DNA from: Candidatus Kapaibacterium sp.
Lineage (GTDB): Bacteria; Bacteroidota; Ignavibacteria; Kapaibacteriales; UBA2268
Length of the DNA stretch: 64,000 bases
Direction: 5' to 3'
Assembly: GCA_963665665.1 (NCBI GenBank)
Contig: OY762428.1
Coordinates: forward strand, 1,056,001 to 1,120,000
Numbering within the stretch: the stretch's first letter is position 1; every line of letters begins with the position of its first letter. This document shows positions 28,901-36,304 of the stretch, one piece after another. A program made the position numbers and the translations under genes. Under the pieces are notes generated by a model. That model was given only the letters and a program-made list of their open reading frames with translations. It was not told the DNA's origin and did not search any database.

Positions 28901-30549
28901 TGGATACAACTTTTCTTAAGCAATCAGTAATACTTGCATTTGAAGAAGAAGAATTTGAAATATCAGATGTACCGGAACGTGGGATATGGATAAGCAGAAT
29001 AATTGCCCTGCATCATTATATCCGCTATAGAATCTCCATAAATACTATCAGTGGCAAACATTTCGATCTCCAGCTTATCATTCAGGACAGTCTAGGTATG
29101 GATAATGTACCCGAGTTTGTATACTGGTACGCAGCCCTTGGCGGCTATCCTTTCAATCCCCAGGTACTCCCCAGGCTGGGATGTTGCCGTCCGGAACTGA
29201 AGGCCTTTTCTCTTGAATTTAATGGTAATCTTTCAGTATGGGAAAAAATAAGAGAATTTTCCAGCGCAAGGCTGCCAGGCAAGAATATGGAAGATATCAA
29301 ACAGTGGAAAAAACTGTTTATTGAATCGATTGCAGCTTTTTTCCGGGTTTGGATCTATAGTGGAAAACAGGTTGTTCCCGGAATTTCTCCGGGAAATGTT
29401 GTTATTTCAGAACTTGATTTCCGTCCGGGTGCATCAATTATGTCCATGACAGGATTGAAAAGATATATGAACACCATGTCAATAATAAAACCTGTAATTA
29501 ACAATTTTTATATGAAGACGTTCGCCCATTATCCATGGAGCGGAAAGTTTTTGAAAGCAGAATGGATTTTCGATGCCTGTATCGAGGCAATGGGAAGAAA
29601 AGATGCTTCTCATTTCTTTGAATTGCTAAAGCACGACCTTGACTATAAAGACATAAAGTGCATTAAAAATATTTCCCTTTCCCGGCATCTTAACAAGTAT
29701 ATCGAAAAATTCGAAAGATGCTGTTACAGGCCATTAGCATTGCAAAATGCTATCGACAGGTATAGATCCTGGCTGGAACTGAACCACGAAGCAACAACCC
29801 CGGCGAGGGAACAGAATATTATCGAAATAATTAAACTTTATGAACTCAACAATTATCCTGAAATTGTAAGGTATTTATTATATAAAGAAACATATTTTGT
29901 TGATTTTCCGATTCAGGTTCACCAGGCTTTTGATAACCTGATCTCCAAACTCGGTATTGACGAAAACTCACAGGCTGTAAGGCTGCTGGAACTTTCCGAA
30001 CTACAATCCATGATAAAGGACAAAAGAGACAGGGCTGTTTTCAGCAGGCTGGTATTCCCTAAAGTTAAAAATCCAATAAAAATGGAAGTTACCAATCTTG
30101 GCAGCAGAAAGGAAAACCGCCTGGTGGTAAGTTCCGAAATTATGGACAAACAGAAGAAAATATTTACTGTACGTGAACCTGTCAGCCCGGCTGAAGTAGG
30201 CCATGTATACAGGCTGTTCTATACTGAAAAATATCCAAAAACTGTTTCAAAATCAGATAATTTCTTTGTTGTTTTGGACGAACAGGACAGAATTGTAAGC
30301 GGAATCTGTTACAAATACATTGACGAGCAAACGGTACATATTGACGGAACGGTTGTTGTTTCTCAATTGAAAGGACGGGGAATAGGAACAGCATTAGTCG
30401 AGGATTTCTTCAACAGAATGCTTTCAAAAGGCATTGAAGCGGTAACTACTTATTTCTTCCTCAGAGCATTCTACAACCGCCTTGGTTTCAGGCTGGATAA
30501 AAAATGGGGAGCGCTGGTAAAATTTTTAGAAAAAGAAGAAGTTGAGTGA
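25927..30549 (+). CDS. Long-chain acyl-CoA ligase-like AMP-binding protein fused to a long central region and a C-terminal GNAT domain
   Basis: FTSGSTGLPKGV, FLPLFHTFGR, GFGMTEATGG, TGDIF, IIDRLKDIYKNIKGQTIAPKKIE. GNAT motif VVVSQLKGRGIGTAL...FYNRLGF. Confidence 0.85.
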   Translation: MSDFKSILNGLIVRWNISTLDSSERNTLVSEIFNVTSIIIDKNSLSEIPDSIWHEWLNISGNTFFLRHLSSMNQENQWSEQAFKIIEHSNYTLLRMFRQRVEKFQDKTLFRDMGGDIPAEWSYGVIFRKVKEIAAVLHRLRENETPRVAILCDNSVSSACADLACLCYDILDTPLSTHFEPEVIQHIIETLKVNIVITDSRERALKLAKIESKCNSDFTIITTVNIADSEFMHLDSLCAKLGSEEIDDIIESRKRFRIDEVATVMFTSGSTGLPKGVSFSVYNLVTKRFARSAALPFIGDNETLLCFLPLFHTFGRYLEMLGTIYWGGTYVFAGNPSADTLLALFPRVNPSIFISIPLRWFQLHEKCLSEMDKYSDSRYHIKAFRAVVGERLRWGLSAAGYLDPKVFRFFHRNGVELCSGFGMTEATGGITMTSPGGYVEGSVGKALPGVYTKLSDKGELLISGHYIASYLENARPGERIEIPEDNSKWPDMPTGDIFRVDSSGHYEIIDRLKDIYKNIKGQTIAPKKIEKKFESVPGIKNTFLVGDGRAYNNLLIVPDNMDPVFVNMPDEENKLEYFHNIVTKANADLPFYERVVNFKLLENDFDAEKGELTPKGSFNRKNIIKNYSKLIENLYAKDHIHFFIDGINLKVPLWFFRDIGILEDDIQVINEGLINKRNNQKIRIEQTGTNRYIIGDYEYISNDLIIDFGIFFRHPFLWAGNTGIMNFGKCKEGWETNLKGIQKVILRPYGIPSGVHHDEEELIGIKSVKIRQLHHYFRDSLFGEKSEALNAITELSGFLDEGDLRISGLVRSRMEALARHPEEDVRAKAYMALLMAKPNMDYSKAFPAFLESGMAFLTKKTIYELADSDFGKRRLEQLRQRLFNYRTQLKWPANEIRRKQFSQIFQLLTSFVSRNEEYYASVRAELASWILLKHDKELSKIAIKFFDLLSEEYEMNLLEKKKSYPFKYWEDRIIFEDGLSDFEIKNIKNVLVDTTFLKQSVILAFEEEEFEISDVPERGIWISRIIALHHYIRYRISINTISGKHFDLQLIIQDSLGMDNVPEFVYWYAALGGYPFNPQVLPRLGCCRPELKAFSLEFNGNLSVWEKIREFSSARLPGKNMEDIKQWKKLFIESIAAFFRVWIYSGKQVVPGISPGNVVISELDFRPGASIMSMTGLKRYMNTMSIIKPVINNFYMKTFAHYPWSGKFLKAEWIFDACIEAMGRKDASHFFELLKHDLDYKDIKCIKNISLSRHLNKYIEKFERCCYRPLALQNAIDRYRSWLELNHEATTPAREQNIIEIIKLYELNNYPEIVRYLLYKETYFVDFPIQVHQAFDNLISKLGIDENSQAVRLLELSELQSMIKDKRDRAVFSRLVFPKVKNPIKMEVTNLGSRKENRLVVSSEIMDKQKKIFTVREPVSPAEVGHVYRLFYTEKYPKTVSKSDNFFVVLDEQDRIVSGICYKYIDEQTVHIDGTVVVSQLKGRGIGTALVEDFFNRMLSKGIEAVTTYFFLRAFYNRLGFRLDKKWGALVKFLEKEEVE

Positions 30550-30644
30550 TTCATATATTTGATCAAAATATTTTGGATTAAAAGAAAAATTCTCAAATAG
30601 ATTCGCCCCGCCATATATATAAAACCAATGGGCACAAAACAGAC

Positions 30645-30673
30645 AAAAAACCCGGAGACTCTTCATCTCCGGG
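30645..30673 (-). terminator. Rho-independent terminator of the OmpA-family gene
   Basis: CCCGGAGA/TCTCCGGG stem with a T6 tail on the minus strand. Confidence 0.75.
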
Positions 30674-30704
30674 CTGTCGCATCGTTAAATATTTTCCTTA
30701 TGCA

Positions 30705-31937
30705 TCAGAATTTAATAAATTCCACACGCCTGTTGTTGGCTTTTGCTTCAGGTGTTGAATTATCGGTAACCGGTTTTGTTTCTCCCCAACCCTTTGTTTT
30801 AAGCCTTTCAGCGGCAATACCTAATTCAATGAATTTAGTTTTTACGGCTGCAGCTCTTTGCTCTGACAAAGTCTGGTTCATGGCATCATCGCCATCGCTG
30901 TCCGTGTGGCCCTCTATTGAAAAGTTGATTGAAGCGTCATCCTTCATAATTTTTACAATTTTCTTGATAACGCCCATTGAAATCGGAAGAATTTCGGCTT
31001 TTCCGGATTCGAATTTAATACCTGTAGTAACAATCTTACCGTCAGTTTTAACTCTTTTATATAGCTTCTGGCCGCCCTCAGCTATCCTGATATTCTTAAT
31101 TACAGCAGGATGATTATTATCAAAACCATTGCTATTTTCAATTGTAAAGCCAGTGGGATTGAATTCCATGTTTGGAATATTTAATATTCTTGCTTCGTCA
31201 ATATATACTTTCAAAGATCGCTTGTTAAATGATATTGAAATATGACGCCAGGTATTTTTATCTATTCTATTGGATCTTTCAGCGCCCGGATACATACCTT
31301 CGAATTCTCCGCATTCTGCCATACTAACAAAGAATTCTACATATTTATGTCCATTAGGATGCCTTTGTTTTTTAGCATCGAAGAAATGTACATAATACCG
31401 TTGGTTGTACTCGTCTTTTTGAAAATATGCATCAAATTCAATTGTAAATTTTTCAGGCATGTAGTCGGATTCACGATTCTTCATCAAAGGCATAATATAG
31501 GTGTTGTTAGCTTTAAATCCAATAACTTCCTGGCCATCGAAATACATCATCTCGCAATTCCCGGATTTAATATCCCATCTGGACGGAAATTCACCGACTT
31601 CTTCATCAATAAAATAATCCTGGAAAATAACCTTATCGCCGGGAACAAAATCATAATTGCCCCATTTCATTTCAGGATTATAATCTTCTGTTTCTTCAGT
31701 TTTATTATCAGCTGATTGTTTTGAAACATTTTTGCCACCTTTGTTCACAGGCCTTTCTGATTCCTCCTCTTCACTCTCTCCTTCAATAGCTTCCTCAATT
31801 CCTTCTTCTACTTCCTCTTCCACCTTTTCTTCAGCTTTCTTTTTTAGCTTTTTCATAAAACCAAACTGCGCATCAGATTCCTGATATGCCAAAAAAGTAA
31901 AGATCACCAAAAGAGCTGTAAGTATTCTAAAATTCAT
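30705..31937 (-). CDS. OmpA-family peptidoglycan-binding protein with an N-terminal beta-sandwich domain
   Basis: Signal peptide, DFVPGDKVIF...GEFPSRWD. C-terminal IKFESGKAEI...IEGHTDSDG...NQTLSEQRAAAV...GWGETKPV...NRRVEF. Confidence 0.92.
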   Translation of the reverse strand: MNFRILTALLVIFTFLAYQESDAQFGFMKKLKKKAEEKVEEEVEEGIEEAIEGESEEEESERPVNKGGKNVSKQSADNKTEETEDYNPEMKWGNYDFVPGDKVIFQDYFIDEEVGEFPSRWDIKSGNCEMMYFDGQEVIGFKANNTYIMPLMKNRESDYMPEKFTIEFDAYFQKDEYNQRYYVHFFDAKKQRHPNGHKYVEFFVSMAECGEFEGMYPGAERSNRIDKNTWRHISISFNKRSLKVYIDEARILNIPNMEFNPTGFTIENSNGFDNNHPAVIKNIRIAEGGQKLYKRVKTDGKIVTTGIKFESGKAEILPISMGVIKKIVKIMKDDASINFSIEGHTDSDGDDAMNQTLSEQRAAAVKTKFIELGIAAERLKTKGWGETKPVTDNSTPEAKANNRRVEFIKF

Positions 31938-32078
31938 TTTAACATCCGTCAATTTGTTAAATATCCCCTTATTTTATTAACAAAATTAATTGAAATTTTC
32001 TTTTTTGCCAATTTTTTAAGCAACTATATTTTTCCTTAATCGTATGTTTGTACAGATACAATTAATGAAAGAAGCAAA

Positions 32079-32270
32079 ATGTTAAAGAAAACAGTAATAA
32101 TTTCAGGAGCAGGGTTGCTATCGGTAGCAACAGCAATAATAATTGGCCAATTTTTTCCTTTAATAGATAATTCGGATTTCATACAGGGATTCTTTACCGG
32201 CCTTGCAATAGTTTTCCTTTTAGCATCAGCAATAATGATGGCCTTTGAAAGACGGACAAAAAGGAAATAA
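32079..32270 (+). CDS. Small two-TM membrane protein (63 aa)
   Basis: Two hydrophobic segments, DFIQGFFTGLAI, a basic tail, and TATGTTTG 28 bp upstream. Confidence 0.6.
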   Translation: MLKKTVIISGAGLLSVATAIIIGQFFPLIDNSDFIQGFFTGLAIVFLLASAIMMAFERRTKRK

Positions 32271-32574
32271 TTACGAGTTCATCTTCATAATCGTATTTTA
32301 TTCTTAGAAATACGCTTGTTAATTTAACAAATTAAAATATTTGCTTAGTATAGTTTTTGAAAACTCATAATAATTGAAACAATGCAAGTCATAAATCAAT
32401 TATTGAAATATTCATATTAATAATTACACTGCCCAACCGAATAGCGGCCCTGCCCGATTAAAACATCAATTGGTAAAAGGGATAGATCGGATCAATAGAA
32501 TGAAATTCCATATCAACAGAGTAAAATTCTGTGTTTTCAGAATATAATTTTATCTGAAAAAATATCTTTATCAG

Positions 32575-32763
32575 CACAAACCAACGCTAAGATGGCACGA
32601 TCCAACGCTATGATTATACGAACCATCGCTATGATGACACAAACCAATGCTATGATTATACGAACCATCGCTATGATGACACAAACCAATGCTATGATGA
32701 CACGAACCATCGCTATGATGACACGAACCATCGCTATGATGACACGAACCATCGCTATTATAG
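32575..32763. repeat. Tandem repeat, 9 x 21 bp (consensus CACGAACCATCGCTATGATGA)
   Basis: Nine contiguous units read directly from the sequence, with no spacers and more degenerate end units. Confidence 0.95.
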
Positions 32764-32910
32764 TGCAAACAAAGGTATTTCCGAAGCTAAAAATCAATTA
32801 TTAAAATTGCCACAGCTGCATTAATACCCTTATTTTCAATTATTTATATAAACATGAATATAATGAGCAATTTCTACAGGATAATCATCAGGAAAGATAA
32901 AATATTAAAT

Positions 32911-32937
32911 CAAAAGGCGGATTTAATCCGCCTTTTG
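32911..32937 (-). terminator. Terminator hairpin after the TMTC-like gene
   Basis: Perfect CAAAAGGCGGAT-TTA-ATCCGCCTTTTG. Confidence 0.8.
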
Positions 32938-32958
32938 TTTTATTCAATTAATATTATT

Positions 32959-34908
32959 CTACTTTCTTGGTAATGGAGTTCCGGAAATAATTCTTCTGAT
33001 TCTCGGGTCAAGCTTTCCTCCGTTGGCCTCAAGAGCTTTTATTACCGGTGGTATTTTTTCAGTCTGCCCAAGGTTCCAGTACAGTTGAACCAGGTTCTGA
33101 TATATCGGATACATTTTATTGCTTACCTTAATTCCCTGAAGCCATACTGCTTCTGCATTGGTTAGTTGGTTTTTATTTGCATAGGCAGCGCCAAGATTCA
33201 AATAAGCCATCGGAATATTCCTGTTTCTTTTAAGAGCAATATTCAAAATGTTAATAGCTTTGTCATACATCTTTTTCTGCATATAAACAGTACCCAGATC
33301 GGCAAACCATGCAGCATGAGGCTTTCCTCTTTTAAGCGCTTTTTCAAGAGGAACAAGAGCTTCGTCATAACGCTTGTTTATCAGGTATGTTTTTCCGAGA
33401 TTATAGTTTGCCAGATGATTATCAGGCTGTAACGCAAGAGCTTTTTTAGCATACTCTTCAGCTTTTTTCCAATTTTTCTGCCTGATATATACAGCCGACA
33501 GATCAATGTATAAATTGAAATTATCAGGATTTAGTTCAATTCCTTTGTGATAAAGGCTGTCAGCAACATCAAGTTTGCCTTCTACATAATATGCCTTTCC
33601 AAGGTCAAGATAACCTCTGGATTTATAGGGATAAACATCAACAGCATTCTGCCAGTAGGTTGTCCTGTTTTGGAAAACAGGTTCATAGGCATAAGTTCTA
33701 ATTGCAAATATCACAAATATTACTGAAGCAATAGCAATTGGAACAGGTTTTTCAATATTAATTTTTAAAGCTCTGAAAATTTCGAAAAGAACTATAATAA
33801 ATCCGAGAAATACCAGATAAGCCCTGTGTTCGGCATAATCAAAGAAGTCTCCTACATAAATAATTCTTATCAAGAGAGTTGGGAGCAGGAATACAAAAAA
33901 CCAAATGAAGCCAAACCAGGCTCTTCCCTTGTTAATATCTTTAAGGACGAACATGGAAGCAAGGAGCAGCAGAAGAACAACAACCCCGGTGATAATTGTC
34001 AACTGTTCAAAATTAGCAAGTGCATGCATTTTTACCGGAAGGATCATTTTCCCGAACATTGCAAAAATAGTAGGGAAATTTTGTATCAATGCATCTGGCC
34101 CGATAGTATCCGGAGTGTTTATATGGTCGGTAGCACCCTTCCTTGCAGCATACCATATCAACCCAAGTATAAACCATCCCGTAACAAGCGATATACCCTC
34201 CTTAGAGAAGATTTTCTCCCTGTGGTAGATAAATATGTAAGCTATACCGACAAATGGCAGCAGAGCCGTTGTTTCCTTTGTAAATAATGCAATCAAATAA
34301 GCCAGCATACTCAGAATATAAAATACGAACTTTTTTGCGCCGCCGGATTCCATGAAATTTATCAGGAAAATAAAGCATAGCAATATAAAAACAGCTATCA
34401 TCGAGTCATTTCGCCCGGAAATCCAGGATACCGAGGGAGATATTACCGGATGAACAGCAAACAGCATAGCCATAATAAATGAAGGTATTCTGTTATAGCC
34501 AAATTTCATCAATGCAAAAAACAATAAAATTGAACCCATTACATGAAAAGCCAGATTTGTCCTTCTGTAAAAGTGGGGGTCGGTTTTCCCCATCTGATGA
34601 TCGATAATAAATGATGAATCCAATATCGGCCGGTAATAAGTTGCCCCGATAGCTTTTTTAAAAGAATTCTTTATATTGGACGGATCCTGATTATATGCTT
34701 GTTGATCAAGAACAAAAATGTTATCGTCGCAATAAACCAGGCCATAATCCAACGTACGGTAAAACAAAGCAATAGTTGTAACTGCTATTATAAATGCAAG
34801 CAAAGTATTAATCAAATAAGGGTGAACTTTATCATTTTTTTGTACAATTTCTGCTGATTGTTTTTCTACCTTATTTTTTTTCTGATTTTTCTTGTTTTTT
34901 TTGCTCAT
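32959..34908 (-). CDS. TMTC-like GT-C membrane glycosyltransferase with C-terminal TPR repeats
   Basis: Loop DD motif (VYCDDNIFV), YYRPI, LFAVHPV...VSWISGRND, ALFTKET, AEHRAY, about 11 TM segments, then several TPRs. Confidence 0.82.
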   Translation of the reverse strand: MSKKNKKNQKKNKVEKQSAEIVQKNDKVHPYLINTLLAFIIAVTTIALFYRTLDYGLVYCDDNIFVLDQQAYNQDPSNIKNSFKKAIGATYYRPILDSSFIIDHQMGKTDPHFYRRTNLAFHVMGSILLFFALMKFGYNRIPSFIMAMLFAVHPVISPSVSWISGRNDSMIAVFILLCFIFLINFMESGGAKKFVFYILSMLAYLIALFTKETTALLPFVGIAYIFIYHREKIFSKEGISLVTGWFILGLIWYAARKGATDHINTPDTIGPDALIQNFPTIFAMFGKMILPVKMHALANFEQLTIITGVVVLLLLLASMFVLKDINKGRAWFGFIWFFVFLLPTLLIRIIYVGDFFDYAEHRAYLVFLGFIIVLFEIFRALKINIEKPVPIAIASVIFVIFAIRTYAYEPVFQNRTTYWQNAVDVYPYKSRGYLDLGKAYYVEGKLDVADSLYHKGIELNPDNFNLYIDLSAVYIRQKNWKKAEEYAKKALALQPDNHLANYNLGKTYLINKRYDEALVPLEKALKRGKPHAAWFADLGTVYMQKKMYDKAINILNIALKRNRNIPMAYLNLGAAYANKNQLTNAEAVWLQGIKVSNKMYPIYQNLVQLYWNLGQTEKIPPVIKALEANGGKLDPRIRRIISGTPLPRK

Positions 34909-35037
34909 GGATCAATATCTATTAATTATACAGTTTACTTTTATGAAGTTGCAAGAGTTTGAAAACACCCGGTTTTATCTGTGTAAATCTTCGATATATT
35001 TAATAAAATAACCGAACAATCAACTTTTTGGGTTTTG

Positions 35038-36207
35038 TCATTTTTTAATATTATTATGTTCAAGCGCCTGTTCCCAGTCATGAACCTGGAATTTTTCACC
35101 GGCATCAGATTCTGCTTTTTCTTTGTTAGTTCTTATAAAACCACCATATTTTGTAATCACAGCAGCAGGGAATTTCCCATTTGTTGCAGCAATATATGTT
35201 TCTTCATTAAATTTATTATCATTTGCTATCCAGATGTCATAAAGCATTACACCGTTGAACTTTGTGTCGGTAATTATTTCACTTTCACTTTTCGCGCCTC
35301 TGAAATCATTACTTCCTATCCAAGTATCAAAATTTTCGCCGATTAATTCCAGCGAAACATAATTTCCTTCGAATATATTTTTTTCCACTTCAATGATACC
35401 TGACAGATCAATCAGGGCTAAACCTGCCTCGGAACAATTTTTTATTTCATTATTAGCTATCCGGGATAAATCTGCGACTTTCTTCATACTGTCGGCACCT
35501 ATACAAATACCGTACAATTCACAATTTTCAATCAGGTTACCGTCTTTTCCACCGATATTATTCCCTTCAATTCCTATACCACTTGGAAAAACAACAATAC
35601 CTGTACCATCAAAAAAATCGCTATCAGGAGATATTCTTTTGATATTTCTTATTATATTCCCATGAATCTCGGCAAAAGCAGGGCCGTCAAGAAATATTCC
35701 ATAATTACAGTTTTCGATAGTATTATACTCGATAAAATGCTTTGCAGTTGTTGATTCTGAATAGATAGCAGCTCCATTTATTTGTTCCGGATTATTATAT
35801 ATATCATAAAAATTCCTGAAAACAAATCCTTTAATAGAAATATTATCCGTGTAGAGAGAAAAACCGTTTCTCTGAGAAATGGATTTCTCTTCGAAATCAC
35901 CGTCAATAATCGGTTTATCAACACCAACAATTTCCATGCTTCTGTGCTGGTCGGTAAATGAATTACTTTCGTAGTAAGTAATTTGTTCGTCGTCATACAT
36001 ACCAACTACATGAACCACATCGCCTGTAACAGCAGATTTCAATGCTCTTTTTATAGTTTTAAAAGCTCCCTGCTCAGTATTGTCCTGCCCGGTGTTCTCA
36101 TCATTTCCAATAGCCCCGTTCACATAATAATGTGCAGAAAAGGATGAGTAAGACATAAATATTATTGTTAAAAACCCAATTATCAATTTCATTATCAACT
36201 TCCTCAT
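35038..36207 (-). CDS. Secreted right-handed parallel beta-helix (pectin-lyase fold) protein; paralogue of the N-terminal module of the 3794-aa protein
   Basis: Signal peptide, YYVNGAIGNDENTG...AFKTIKRAL...GDVVHV, and N.I.NC..GI repeats. No T9SS C-terminal domain. Confidence 0.85.
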   Translation of the reverse strand: MRKLIMKLIIGFLTIIFMSYSSFSAHYYVNGAIGNDENTGQDNTEQGAFKTIKRALKSAVTGDVVHVVGMYDDEQITYYESNSFTDQHRSMEIVGVDKPIIDGDFEEKSISQRNGFSLYTDNISIKGFVFRNFYDIYNNPEQINGAAIYSESTTAKHFIEYNTIENCNYGIFLDGPAFAEIHGNIIRNIKRISPDSDFFDGTGIVVFPSGIGIEGNNIGGKDGNLIENCELYGICIGADSMKKVADLSRIANNEIKNCSEAGLALIDLSGIIEVEKNIFEGNYVSLELIGENFDTWIGSNDFRGAKSESEIITDTKFNGVMLYDIWIANDNKFNEETYIAATNGKFPAAVITKYGGFIRTNKEKAESDAGEKFQVHDWEQALEHNNIKK

Positions 36208-36252
36208 ATATTACGGCAAAATAAAGATGTAATTTAAAGAATTTGCCTGAAT

Positions 36253-36280
36253 AAAAAAAAGGCGGGGTAAAAACCCCGCC
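36253..36280 (-). terminator. Rho-independent terminator of the 3794-aa gene
   Basis: GGCGGGGT-TTTT-ACCCCGCC followed by T8 on the minus strand. Confidence 0.85.
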
Positions 36281-36304
36281 TCTTAATCTATCATCTAAGA
36301 AGAA

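Noticed and set aside
30628-31113. 161-aa plus-strand ORF, and similar antisense ORFs such as 12370-12837, 33826-34287 and 14514-14849
   Set aside because: They lie antisense to well-supported genes, and 30628-31113 also runs through a terminator.
32575-32763. CRISPR array
   Set aside because: The units are contiguous 21-mers with no unique spacers, and there are no cas genes in the window.
32571-32768. His/Cys-rich metallothionein-like peptide (HHSDGSC repeats)
   Set aside because: It is one of three open frames produced by the tandem repeat, has a TTG start and no RBS, so there is no independent evidence of coding.
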